A DNA stretch of 64,000 bases from Oceanispirochaeta sp. Its GTDB lineage: Bacteria > Spirochaetota > Spirochaetia > DSM-2461. The position numbers and the translations under genes are program-made. The notes beneath the pieces are model-generated. The model worked only from the letters and a program-made list of their open reading frames with translations. It did not search any database and was not told the DNA's origin. Shown here in pieces: positions 50,796 to 60,672 of this stretch (the first letter of the stretch is position 1; every line of letters starts with the position of its first letter). The DNA lies in assembly GCA_963663385.2 (NCBI GenBank), contig CAXXXD010000001.1, positions 96,001-160,000 on the forward strand. The letters run 5' to 3'.

Positions 50796-52829
50796 ATGGC
50801 TGACATTTATGAAAAAAATAGCTGTTTGTATTTCAAGAGTAAAGGAGAAACCCTTTTTATCGAACCCTGGAACAATGATTCGTTCAGAATCCGTGCTGTC
50901 CTGGGAGATTCATTCAGGACAGATGAAAAGATCCCGCAGGCTCTATTGGAGAAGCAGGATGAAACGGCACCTGTAATAAGAGTGGAACAGGATTATGGAC
51001 TCATTTCCAATGGAAAGCTGGAAGCCAGGATCTTGCGGAATGTTGATAAGGATGAGAAGTCGGATGATCATAACGGACAGATCGTTTTCACAAACCTGCA
51101 AACCGGTAAGGTAATACTGAAAGAGTATCTCTTCCAGACAAAATTTCATGAGACCTCCCGAGAGCTGTTCCAAAGGGAAGAGGGGCTCTTTGAAATTTCC
51201 CAGAGCTTCAAATCAGACAGGACAGAAAAGTTATACGGCATGGGCCAACATCATAACGGGATGCTGAATCAGAAAGGCTGTATGGTGGAAATGAGACAGA
51301 GGAATCGGGATATCACCGTCCCCTTTGTCGTTTCCAGTTACGGCTATGGTATGCTTTGGAATGTACCCGGTACCGGTCGCTTTACATCGTCCATGGAACA
51401 GACCCGCTGGGAGGCTTATGGCGCCTACCAACTTGACTACTGGGTTACAACAGCGGAAACCCCTGCGGCCATACTAATGAATTATATGAAAGCCACGGGA
51501 ACGCCCGGGAAATTCCCCCATTGGGCAACCGGGTTCTGGCAGTGTAAACTCCGTTATCTTAATCAGGATGAGCTTCTTGACGTAGCCAGGGAGTATAAAA
51601 AGAGGGGCTTACCTATTTCTGTAATTGTCATCGACTATTTTCACTGGTCCGCCCAGGGAGATTGGGATTTTGACAAGGAAGCCTGGCCGGATCCCGATGC
51701 CATGATGAAAGAACTTGAGGAGATGGGGATCAAAGTTATGATTTCCGTATGGCCGACCGTATCCACCTATAGCCGGAATTACAATGAGCTAAATGAAAGA
51801 GGCCTTCTGGTTCGGGGGCGAAGCGGTAATCCGGCATTATTCCCCTTTTACGAAGTAGGAAAAGACGGAGACCAGTGGGTTCACTATTATGATGCCATGA
51901 ATAAGGCGGGTCGGGATTTCATTTGGAAGGAAGTGAAAGAAAATTACTACGACAGGGGCATTGATATTTACTGGCTCGATGCCTGCGAACCGGAGTCAAT
52001 ATATGGGAAAACCGAAGAATTCATGTTTGATAACGGACCGGGCATTGCAGTGGCAAACGTTTATCCCCTCCTGCATGAGCAGGGATTTTACGAGAATATG
52101 AAAGAAGCGGGAACAGAAGAAGTCGTCAATCTCTGCCGTTCTGCATGGGCGGGTAGCCAGCGATATGGCGCTGCAGTTTGGAGCGGGGATATTCCTTCGA
52201 CCTTTGGTTCCTTCCGCCGTCAAATACGTTCCGGCCTGAATATGGTTATGAGCGGTATTCCCTGGTGGACCACCGATATAGGGGGATTTACAGGCGGAGA
52301 GATAGATGATCCCGGTTTTCAGGAACTGATAGCCCGATGGTTTGCCTATGGAGCATTCTGTCCGATTTTCAGGCTCCATGGCGTTCGAAAGTCTGAAAAT
52401 AACGCAATGGGCCTGGGATCCGGAGCCGAAAACGAGGTGTGGAGTTTCGGAGAGGAAAACTATGAAATCCTAACTATGTATATGAAACTGAGAGAAGTGA
52501 TGCGTCCCTACATCCAAAAGCAGTTTGATAAGTGTACTCTCGACGGAACCCCGATTATGCGACCTCTGTTATATGACTTCCCCACTGATGAGAACTGTTG
52601 GGAGGTGGATGATCAGTTCATGTTCGGAGGCGATTATCTGATCGCGCCAATCGACAGGAAAGGAATCCGTGACCGGGAGGTTTACTTGCCTGCCGGTGAA
52701 GATTGGATTAATGCCTGGACCGGGGAGAATTTCAAGGGTGGTCGAAGTTATACTGTACCAGCTCCAATAGCAGAGATTCCCTTCTTTGTCAGAAAGGGAG
52801 CATCAAATCCATTGGAAAACCTGGATTAG
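50796..52829 (+). CDS. GH31 glycoside hydrolase (alpha-xylosidase/alpha-glucosidase-like)
   Basis: GFWQCKLRY, IVIDYFHW, WLDACEP nucleophile, VWSGD, WTTDIGGF, FCPIFRLHG. Confidence 0.92.
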   Translation: MADIYEKNSCLYFKSKGETLFIEPWNNDSFRIRAVLGDSFRTDEKIPQALLEKQDETAPVIRVEQDYGLISNGKLEARILRNVDKDEKSDDHNGQIVFTNLQTGKVILKEYLFQTKFHETSRELFQREEGLFEISQSFKSDRTEKLYGMGQHHNGMLNQKGCMVEMRQRNRDITVPFVVSSYGYGMLWNVPGTGRFTSSMEQTRWEAYGAYQLDYWVTTAETPAAILMNYMKATGTPGKFPHWATGFWQCKLRYLNQDELLDVAREYKKRGLPISVIVIDYFHWSAQGDWDFDKEAWPDPDAMMKELEEMGIKVMISVWPTVSTYSRNYNELNERGLLVRGRSGNPALFPFYEVGKDGDQWVHYYDAMNKAGRDFIWKEVKENYYDRGIDIYWLDACEPESIYGKTEEFMFDNGPGIAVANVYPLLHEQGFYENMKEAGTEEVVNLCRSAWAGSQRYGAAVWSGDIPSTFGSFRRQIRSGLNMVMSGIPWWTTDIGGFTGGEIDDPGFQELIARWFAYGAFCPIFRLHGVRKSENNAMGLGSGAENEVWSFGEENYEILTMYMKLREVMRPYIQKQFDKCTLDGTPIMRPLLYDFPTDENCWEVDDQFMFGGDYLIAPIDRKGIRDREVYLPAGEDWINAWTGENFKGGRSYTVPAPIAEIPFFVRKGASNPLENLD

Positions 52830-52923
52830 GAGTAATAATTTAGATTCTTAAAATCTACCCCCTCGGTACTCATGGTACTTATGCTTACTGGGGGGGTAAT
52901 TTATACCCTCTTACAGGTTAGAG

Positions 52924-53019
52924 AAATCCCTACTTAATCGACCCCGCAACCATCCCCTTGATAATATGCTTCTGCGCCGAAAGAAAGAAAATAATAATCG
53001 GGATCATGGCCATCAGAAT
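52924..53019. repeat. 96-bp direct repeat, right copy (functional 3' end of the permease)
   Basis: Matches 44819-44914 at 95/96 positions. Confidence 0.95.
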
Positions 53020-53787
53020 GGCTGTCAGGATCATATCCCACTGCTTGACGAAGGCTCCCGCAAAGTTGGCAACCGCCAGAGGAACGGTCTGTATCCTGTT
53101 CCCCTTTCCCAGAACCAGCAGAGGCAGGAGGTAGTCGTTCCAGATCCAGATCCCGTTTAAAACCAGCACGGTGGCATGAATCGGTTTCAGGATGGGAGAA
53201 ATGATCACATAGAAAGTTTTCATCCGGCTGCAGCCGTCTATCCTGGCCGCCTCTTCCAGCTCAAAAGGGATGCTCTTGATAAACCCGTGATACAGAAAAA
53301 CCGACAGGGACGATCCGAATCCCACATACGCCAGAATCATCCCGGGGTAGGTTCTCAGGAGCTTGATCCCCGTAACCTGATAGATTGTTTTAAACCAGGA
53401 CAGAAGAGGGAACATGACAATCTGAAAGGGGATAACCATGGCTGCCACAAAGATATAGAAAATAACCTGGGAGGTTTTCGTCTTTGTCCGGACCAGAACC
53501 CAGGCAGCCTGAGAGGAGAGCCCGATAATACACAACAGGGAGACCACGGTAATAATAATGGACGCCTTAAAGGAGCTGGGATACTGAATATTCGGATTAG
53601 TCCAGATGGAAACCATATTCTTTCCGATCATAGACCAGTTTTCCGGCAGACTCATGGGAGACTGGGTAATTTCGAAGGAACTCTTTGCCGCATTAATCAG
53701 CACAATCAGAAAAGGAAAGAGAAAGACCAGAAAAAGAAGAGCTGTCAGGATTTCCAGTCCAAGGGGGTGTCTTGCTTTATTCTTCAT
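52930..53787 (-). CDS. Carbohydrate ABC permease (MsmG-like)
   Basis: EEAARIDGCS, WIWNDY, QKHIIKGMVAGSIK. Confidence 0.93.
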   Translation of the reverse strand: MKNKARHPLGLEILTALLFLVFLFPFLIVLINAAKSSFEITQSPMSLPENWSMIGKNMVSIWTNPNIQYPSSFKASIIITVVSLLCIIGLSSQAAWVLVRTKTKTSQVIFYIFVAAMVIPFQIVMFPLLSWFKTIYQVTGIKLLRTYPGMILAYVGFGSSLSVFLYHGFIKSIPFELEEAARIDGCSRMKTFYVIISPILKPIHATVLVLNGIWIWNDYLLPLLVLGKGNRIQTVPLAVANFAGAFVKQWDMILTAILMAMIPIIIFFLSAQKHIIKGMVAGSIK

Positions 53788-54707
53788 TACATTTCCACCT
53801 CTTTCTTTTTATTAATGGAGACCTGAATCAATGAGATGACAATCAGAACAAGAAAGAAAATCACAGCCTGGGCCTGGGCCATGGCCATCTTCAGCGATAC
53901 AAAAGCCGTGTTATAGATATTGAGGGCCAGCAGCTCCGTTCCAAAAAGGGGTTTGCCCATAAACATACTGGACGGCCCCCCCGCTGTAAGGGAGACATTC
54001 ACATCAAACTGCTTAAAGGACTGCACCAGAGTAAGGAACATGGTAATAGTAAAGGCCTGGGCAATCATGGGAATGGTAATATTCCTGATCCGCTCCCACA
54101 GATTGGCTCCGTCGATGCGGGCGGCTTCGTTCAGTTCGGCAGGAACACTTTCCAGAGCAGCCACATAGATCATCATGATATAACCGGCGTACTGCCAGGT
54201 TCCAACGACAATAAGGGCGATTATGGCGGAATTCCTGTTTCCCAGAATCAGGTTATCAGGCAGAGCCCAGGAAGCTAACGCCGGAATGGCCTGCCCCAGA
54301 GCCGGTATGGCGTTATTAAAAATGAACTGCCAGATATATCCCAGAATCAAACCGCCAATCAGATTGGGTATAAAAAAACCCACCCTGTAGAGATTCCGGT
54401 ATTTCAGCTTGCTCGTTACAAGAACAGCCAGGATAAAAGCGGTCATATTGATCGCTATCATATTCAATATGGTATAGATAATAGTCAGTATGAATGAATA
54501 GATGAAGGAGGGATCCTTCAGACTGTCTGAAAAATTCTGAAATCCCACGAACTGCAGGGTTGCGCCTGCCCTTGCGGAGGAACTCCAGTTGGTAAAGGAG
54601 TAGAAGGCACCTATAAAAAAAGGGATTACAATTACCATTAAAAAGGCAAAAAGGATCGGTGCGAGAAAGAGCCAGAAGACAAATTGATTTTCTCTTTTAT
54701 CTGTCAT
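53787..54707 (-). CDS. Carbohydrate ABC permease (MsmF-like)
   Basis: EAARIDGA, WQYAGY, LTAGGP. Confidence 0.93.
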   Translation of the reverse strand: MTDKRENQFVFWLFLAPILFAFLMVIVIPFFIGAFYSFTNWSSSARAGATLQFVGFQNFSDSLKDPSFIYSFILTIIYTILNMIAINMTAFILAVLVTSKLKYRNLYRVGFFIPNLIGGLILGYIWQFIFNNAIPALGQAIPALASWALPDNLILGNRNSAIIALIVVGTWQYAGYIMMIYVAALESVPAELNEAARIDGANLWERIRNITIPMIAQAFTITMFLTLVQSFKQFDVNVSLTAGGPSSMFMGKPLFGTELLALNIYNTAFVSLKMAMAQAQAVIFFLVLIVISLIQVSINKKKEVEM

Positions 54708-54802
54708 GTTTTTTTCCTGAATAAAAAATGGAAGAAAAGGGCGTGCTCCTGTCCCGGGAAGGAGAGAAGCCGCCCTGTCACATCAGGCAAGTCCCGCAGG
54801 GG

Positions 54803-56059
54803 TTACCTTTCCATAAAAGCTTTGGTCATCAGGTCGATATATTCGGCCTTTGAGATATTTCCATTGGCGAACTGATTATAGATAGGCGCCAGAGTCTTGT
54901 CCCTGAACTCTCCTGAGAAGTAGTACTGACTCCAGGAGTAAACCTTACCTGCCGCAGACCATTCCTGAACAGACTTGGAAAGCTGACCGGCAGGGCTCAG
55001 TTTAACATTGGCAAAAGCGGGAATCATTCCGGCTTCGTTAACCATAAAGTTCTGTCCCGCATCGGTAGATACCAGGTCGTTCAGAAACTGTTTGGCCGTT
55101 TCCACATTTTCAGATTCGCTGTTAATAACGTAGAATGAAGGGGCTGCTACAAAAATTCCGTCTGTTGCGGAATGCATGGAACCATGGGGAGCAAAACCCA
55201 TTTTAAAAGTAGCATTGGCCTGGGCCATATTGGGATCGGTCCAGTTACCCTGGTGGAGGAATACGGCTTTTCCTGCGGCAAAAGCGCCTACCTGGGCATC
55301 ATAGTTGCCGGTTGTCAGAACGGATTTGTCCGCATAGTTAAAAAGCAGCTCTACCCAGTCGGCATATTCAGAAAGCCGTTTGGCATCTACCTTTTTAGCC
55401 AGCAGATCATTAACAACAGACAGGTCTCCATAAGCCAGGCCGTTTGAAAGAAGAGAGTTAAAATTATGGTGTGCTGTAACCCAGCCCATCTCGGGTCCGG
55501 CAGCCATGGAAACAACAGAATTCACACCAAGCTCGGCTTTCATGGAATCCAGCTTTTCAAAAGCCGCTTTGTAGGCATTGTAGTTATTAAGGCTAGCGGG
55601 ATCAATTCCGGCCCTGGCCAGCATGTCCGCATTGTAAGCCATTCCCCAGCCTTCTACAGCCACAGGCTGTCCGTAAACTTTACCATCTACCTTAAACGCA
55701 ACAGAGGTTTCCTTAACCCAGGGTTCATCGGACAGATCCAGAATCAGCCCTTCCCATTCTTTATAGTCTTCCAGACCGGCAATAATAAAGATATCGGGCA
55801 TATCTCCTGCGGCATAATCCGCATTGAGCTGCTGTCCCAGGGTGATGGAACTGCTTCCGCCGACAGATTTAATTGTCACTTTATTCCCTGTTGCTTCCGA
55901 CCAGACGGCACCATATGCCTTCAGCTGGCCGTCGATTTCGGGTTTATTCTGCATAAGAGTTACAGAACCGGCTTTTCCTGCGGCTCCCTCCTGAGCACCG
56001 CCGGCAAACGCTGCACCGGCAACCAGAAGGGCAAGAAGAACTGCAATAATTCTTTTCAT
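54803..56059 (-). CDS. Carbohydrate ABC substrate-binding protein (MsmE-like)
   Basis: Signal peptide ...AFAGGAQE, QNKPE, MPDIF, QGNW. Confidence 0.92.
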   Translation of the reverse strand: MKRIIAVLLALLVAGAAFAGGAQEGAAGKAGSVTLMQNKPEIDGQLKAYGAVWSEATGNKVTIKSVGGSSSITLGQQLNADYAAGDMPDIFIIAGLEDYKEWEGLILDLSDEPWVKETSVAFKVDGKVYGQPVAVEGWGMAYNADMLARAGIDPASLNNYNAYKAAFEKLDSMKAELGVNSVVSMAAGPEMGWVTAHHNFNSLLSNGLAYGDLSVVNDLLAKKVDAKRLSEYADWVELLFNYADKSVLTTGNYDAQVGAFAAGKAVFLHQGNWTDPNMAQANATFKMGFAPHGSMHSATDGIFVAAPSFYVINSESENVETAKQFLNDLVSTDAGQNFMVNEAGMIPAFANVKLSPAGQLSKSVQEWSAAGKVYSWSQYYFSGEFRDKTLAPIYNQFANGNISKAEYIDLMTKAFMER

Positions 56060-56090
56060 TTATTTTCCTCCATAGAATCGATGGAAAACT

Positions 56091-56104
56091 TGGTAACGTT
56101 TCCA
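56091..56104. promoter_or_regulatory. LacI-type operator upstream of the SBP gene
   Basis: TGGTAACGTTTCCA, palindromic with central CG; near-copy at 57292-57306. Confidence 0.7.
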
Positions 56105-56265
56105 TTTACTAGTATTATTGAAGCTGAACCACAGAATTGTCAAGCTGTTTTTTTGTTATTCCAACTCGCCTGATGGAATGATTCCAACTCACTCATGAAA
56201 TTTTAATGAATAAATGATTGCTTTTCCATCTTTTTTCCACAAACAGAATATTTGTGTCCGGCCGA

Positions 56266-57237
56266 TCAGCTGTTACGGTCGACAAGCTCGGGTTCAAGAG
56301 TTTTCTGAATAAGGTCTCCCTTCCCGGGCTGTTCTGTACGCTTTATCAATTCAATGATGACTTCTGCGGCTACAGTCCCAAGTACTTTTGAAGACTGACG
56401 AATTGTGCTCAGCTTCATATAGCGGGAGGGAAAGATATCGTCATACCCTATTATGGAGATATCCCGTCCGGATTCCATCCTTGCCTGAATACCGCCGTAT
56501 GCCATGGTATCGGAAAAATAGAAAATTCCGTCCAGCTCGGGATCATTGAGCAGAGTCCGGCTTATCTCATAGGAATCTTCTATGGAATTGATGCAGAGTT
56601 CAGACAGCTGAATCTCCCGGTCCTCTCCGATCCTTTCACGGAACCCCCTGAACCTGTCCAGCTGCTGCTGGGACCGATCGGTTATCCCCATCATCATTAT
56701 TTTCTTACATGAACGGGAAATAAGATAGTCCGCCGCCAGATAGCTGCCTGTTCTGCTGTTAAAGGTTACATAATTTGCCGTATCGTCATGATAGTCTACA
56801 TACAGAAAAGGAACGTGGTGGGCATTGAGAATATCCTGCTCCGCTTCTGTAAGCGGAGGGTCTCCCAGCGTCAGTACTCCGGCCAGTCTCTGTTCAATAA
56901 TATGGTGCATAACACTGTCCTGTCCGTAGTCGGTGTTGAAGATCATTATATTCACGTGATCCTCTTTCAGCCGGCTGTGGATAGACTTGATCAGTTCGAA
57001 GAAAAACTGGTTTTCTACAACAGGCAGAAGTAGACCGACCGTGGCGACTGAGCTGGACCGCCGCACCAGCATACGGGCAGCGCCGTTGGGAACATAGTTA
57101 AGTTCCCGTGCCGCTTCAAGAACTTTTTCACGGGTACTCTCTTTTACATTCACACTATTGTTCAGAACTCTTGAAACTGTTCCAAGACCGACACCAGCCC
57201 GCGCGGCCACTTCTTTTATAGTGACTTTTGTTTTCAT
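56266..57237 (-). CDS. LacI-family transcriptional regulator
   Basis: TIKEVAARAGVGLGTVSRVLN, YVPN..AR, IIGYDD. Confidence 0.93.
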   Translation of the reverse strand: MKTKVTIKEVAARAGVGLGTVSRVLNNSVNVKESTREKVLEAARELNYVPNGAARMLVRRSSSVATVGLLLPVVENQFFFELIKSIHSRLKEDHVNIMIFNTDYGQDSVMHHIIEQRLAGVLTLGDPPLTEAEQDILNAHHVPFLYVDYHDDTANYVTFNSRTGSYLAADYLISRSCKKIMMMGITDRSQQQLDRFRGFRERIGEDREIQLSELCINSIEDSYEISRTLLNDPELDGIFYFSDTMAYGGIQARMESGRDISIIGYDDIFPSRYMKLSTIRQSSKVLGTVAAEVIIELIKRTEQPGKGDLIQKTLEPELVDRNS

Positions 57238-57291
57238 TACCGTTCCTGTTTTTCCCTATTCCTATATTATGTGCCTATTATAGCACACAAA

Positions 57292-57306
57292 TAGATAACG
57301 TTTCCA
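57292..57306. promoter_or_regulatory. LacI-type operator (autoregulation)
   Basis: TAGATAACGTTTCCA shares TAACGTTTCCA with the 56091 site. Confidence 0.6.
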
Positions 57307-57459
57307 TTTTTTATCTCAAATCGAGAAATCCATAGGATTTTCGTATCATGATACAGAAGTTTTTCTTTCTTGATAATCACAAAAGAAAATCCTTTTTTGG
57401 ACTTTTATCCAAGGTCATTGTAAAATTCTAACCAGAGGATTCTTATCCGGGAGGAAAAT

Positions 57460-57822
57460 ATGGACTTCAGAAGCATATGTAAAATTGTTTCAACAGATCA
57501 GATTCCAACGGTAACCCTTGAAGAGGGGGTCCGGGTCAAAGTCATTTCCGGTCATCTGGCCAATATCAGAGGCCCCATGGATGAGGACTCCACCCATACA
57601 GAATACCTCGAAGTCTCACTCCCCCCGGAAGCAGAGTGGCAACATCGGATCCCCGCGGACCATACGGCCTTTCTTCATGTTGTAGAGGGGACTGTCATTA
57701 CGGGAGGAGAAAAACTGATTGAGCAGCAGCTTGGTTTATACAGAGAGGGGGATCATGTGGAGTTTAAAAGCGGTTCAAAAGGAGCCCGCTTCCTTCTGAT
57801 CAGCAGCAGATCTACCAATTAA
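57460..57822 (+). CDS. Pirin C-terminal cupin domain protein (N-terminal metal cupin missing)
   Basis: IPTV...VKVISG...HTAFLHVVEG...ARFLLIS resembles Pirin_C; GGAGG RBS. Confidence 0.65.
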   Translation: MDFRSICKIVSTDQIPTVTLEEGVRVKVISGHLANIRGPMDEDSTHTEYLEVSLPPEAEWQHRIPADHTAFLHVVEGTVITGGEKLIEQQLGLYREGDHVEFKSGSKGARFLLISSRSTN

Positions 57823-57848
57823 AGAGCATCTCAGGGTAAAATACATTA

Positions 57849-59609
57849 ATGAAATTCCGAAAACGCATCCTGTTAATCTACATCTCAATCATTACCGTTT
57901 TTCTTGTAAGCGCGATTTCCATCAGCGGGTCCTACCTGCTTAACATCAGAATAAGACAGATTGAAGCGGAACAGAAAAGAAGCATTCACCTCCTGGAAAA
58001 GACAATAACAGCCTTTCTTCAGGAAGTTGCATACGACCTACAGACAATCAGCCAGAATCCGGCAGTCCAATACCCGGACGCCTCCCGGTTCACCTCTTTT
58101 ATCGGTATCGATGAAGAATCGTTTCAATACAGCTACAGCCCGGAAGAGCTGACAATCATAGAGGTATTCAACCGGTACAGGGAAAACCACCCCCATGTCA
58201 ACTCTGTTTACATGGGTCGCTCGAACGGCTCCTTTGTCCGTTCTCACCCGAGAAGCCGCAATACCCCCTACGATCCGCGGGTACGGCCCTGGTACAAAGC
58301 CGGAGAGTCTGCCCCCGACAGGGTAGTGAGAACAGATGCCTACCCGTCTGTAACAAGCACCGATCTTAATATCGGAACCGTAAAAGGCATGGTGAAAAAT
58401 AATGAGGTCTATGGCGTTATCGGAATAGATGTGACTCTGCAGAACCTGAACGATTTTCTGGATGAGATCTATCTGGGCAATGAGTACGAATCGGAGATTA
58501 TTATATTTGATGGAAACAGCAACATCATAGCCTCAAAGGAGGACCGGTTTCTTAACAATGATTTTGGAAACATTTTCCCCGACATCTACAATTCGATTGA
58601 AGCAGGAAACACTGATGCGATATATACCAGTGAGACTGAGGAATCATCCTACTACTTTATCCGTTCGGAATTCCTGAACTGGTATATTGGTGTTATTACC
58701 CCCCTTAACGAAATCCGTAATCTTACCCGCACCGGAATTTTTAAAATTATGATATGGGAATTGCTGACCATTATGTTAATGGGGTTTATAATTGCTTTTC
58801 TCTCTGACACATATTTAATAAAACGGATTCAGAAACTCCATGACGATGTGATCGCCATGGGGAGTACAAGCCCGGTAATCAAAACAGGTTCAAAAAAGAA
58901 TGAAGATGAAATAACCCTGCTGAGAAACAGCTTTTATCTTTTATTCCGCAACTGGAAAGAATCGGTAAGAATCCTGAAGGAGAACCAGTCCGGAACCATC
59001 TACTGCCTCGGCAACCTTGCAGAGACAAGGGATCCCGAAACAAGCAGTCACATTCTGAGAACACAGCAGTATGTCCGACTGGTTGCCGAATACCTCAGTC
59101 ATAAACCGGAATACAGAAATGTCCTGGACAATGAAATGGTTGAAACCCTTTTTCTGGTCGCCCCTCTTCATGATATCGGCAAAGTCGGGATACAGGACAG
59201 AATACTTCTTAAGCCCGGGAAACTGACGGATGAGGAGTTTTCCGAGATGAAAAAACACACAGTCCTTGGGTATAACGCTCTATCCAACGTAGTTACCGAA
59301 AACAGAAAAAACAATTTCTTTTCAATTGCAGCCGAACTGGCTCTGACCCATCACGAAAGATGGGATGGGACCGGATATCCGTCGGGTCTTGCCGGAAAGG
59401 CGATCCCCCTCAGCGGAAGGATTATGGCCCTGGCCGATATCTATGATGCTCTGACATCCGACAGGGTATACAAAGAAGCTTTTACTCATGAAAAGACGAG
59501 ACAGATCATTCTGCAGGAAAAGGAGCGTCAACTGGACCCGGAAATAGTCGACGCCTTCCTCGCCCTGGAAGGAGAGTTTCAGAAAATTCATAAGACCTAT
59601 AAGGAATAA
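57849..59609 (+). CDS. Membrane Cache-domain HD-GYP phosphodiesterase
   Basis: 2 TM helices, YDPRVRPWY Cache motif, HDIGK, HHERWDGTGYP, ADIYDAL. Confidence 0.9.
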   Translation: MKFRKRILLIYISIITVFLVSAISISGSYLLNIRIRQIEAEQKRSIHLLEKTITAFLQEVAYDLQTISQNPAVQYPDASRFTSFIGIDEESFQYSYSPEELTIIEVFNRYRENHPHVNSVYMGRSNGSFVRSHPRSRNTPYDPRVRPWYKAGESAPDRVVRTDAYPSVTSTDLNIGTVKGMVKNNEVYGVIGIDVTLQNLNDFLDEIYLGNEYESEIIIFDGNSNIIASKEDRFLNNDFGNIFPDIYNSIEAGNTDAIYTSETEESSYYFIRSEFLNWYIGVITPLNEIRNLTRTGIFKIMIWELLTIMLMGFIIAFLSDTYLIKRIQKLHDDVIAMGSTSPVIKTGSKKNEDEITLLRNSFYLLFRNWKESVRILKENQSGTIYCLGNLAETRDPETSSHILRTQQYVRLVAEYLSHKPEYRNVLDNEMVETLFLVAPLHDIGKVGIQDRILLKPGKLTDEEFSEMKKHTVLGYNALSNVVTENRKNNFFSIAAELALTHHERWDGTGYPSGLAGKAIPLSGRIMALADIYDALTSDRVYKEAFTHEKTRQIILQEKERQLDPEIVDAFLALEGEFQKIHKTYKE

Positions 59610-59629
59610 TCAGTTCTTTCCATCCATGA

Positions 59630-60535
59630 ATGAATAACGTCCCTAAGGTGGTGCCAATGTATCGAAAGAAAAACTATCCCCCCTTCCTTGCCTCAGAATT
59701 CCCTACAGGGAACGATCTGTCTCTTTTTCATATTATCCCCGTACCAGTAGGCGAAGGGACCTTCCGGACAGAGAGAGGTCCCTCCGCCATACTGAAGGAG
59801 AGTCAGAAACTGGAGGTTCTGGAGGGGAACAGAATCCCCGCTGAAGCAGGGATTCTGACACACCCTCCGGTCCTTCCGGGGGGACGGATAGAAGATATCC
59901 TGAACCGCGTAGCCGATCAGGTGGAGAACGTATTCAACGAGGAGCGGATCCCCGTACTGCTGGGAGGAGAACACACCGTCAGCACGGCTGCCTTTCTGGC
60001 CATTCTCAGACAGATAGAAAAGGGCTCCGTCAATGTCGGGATTGTCCATATGGGAGCCCATGCTGACCTGAAGGAAAATGAAAACGGGTCCATCTACAGC
60101 CCCGGCTCGGTTATGAAAAGAGCCCTTGACATGGGTTTTCCCGTCTATCAGATGGGAGTAAGAGCAATATCTCCCGGAGAGGCCGATCTGAGAAAGGAGA
60201 GGAATATTCCCTACAGGGATGCAAATGAACTCTGTTCCGGATCAGGTGTCAAAGAGATCACCCTTTCCCCGGATTTTCCCGAATATATCTACCTGGCCAT
60301 TGATGTAAGCGGATTGGATCCTTCGGTTATCCCCGGAGCAGCAAGACCGGAGCCGGGCGGTTTAAAGTGGTATCAGACTCTGAACCTGGTAGAATCTCTT
60401 GCCGAACGATACCGGATTATCGGATTTGATATAACGGGAACAGCCCCTGCCGGGAAAGACAGGATCAGCGCCTATACAGCGGCACGCCTGGCATACAGGA
60501 TTATGGGATCCATATACGCTCATATGACAGAATAG
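59630..60535 (+). CDS. Agmatinase/arginase-family protein with degenerate metal ligands
   Basis: GP.AI, LGGEH, PEPGGL fold motifs; HMGAHAD, DVSGLDP and DITG replace DAHxD, DxD and DxxE. Confidence 0.8.
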   Translation: MNNVPKVVPMYRKKNYPPFLASEFPTGNDLSLFHIIPVPVGEGTFRTERGPSAILKESQKLEVLEGNRIPAEAGILTHPPVLPGGRIEDILNRVADQVENVFNEERIPVLLGGEHTVSTAAFLAILRQIEKGSVNVGIVHMGAHADLKENENGSIYSPGSVMKRALDMGFPVYQMGVRAISPGEADLRKERNIPYRDANELCSGSGVKEITLSPDFPEYIYLAIDVSGLDPSVIPGAARPEPGGLKWYQTLNLVESLAERYRIIGFDITGTAPAGKDRISAYTAARLAYRIMGSIYAHMTE

Positions 60536-60672
60536 ACAGAAATAAATACAACTGGATTCCCAAACGATTTGAGACAGAGGAGCCAATCATTGACTCGCAA
60601 TATAAAAGTTCATATGGTAATGACAGAAAAAGACCGGATAAGATCTGAAATGCAAAGGGAGTATTAAATCCT

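Larger units (their letters stand above)
44915..52923. mobile_element. Direct-repeat-flanked ~8 kb carbohydrate-utilisation islet (no integrase seen)
   Basis: Self-contained HK/RR/SBP/2 permeases/GH31 cassette bounded by the 96-bp repeats; visibly AT-richer in its left half. Confidence 0.6.

Noticed and set aside
44915..52923. Prophage, ICE or transposon identity for the repeat-flanked islet
   Set aside because: No integrase, transposase, relaxase or phage gene, and no terminal inverted repeats seen.
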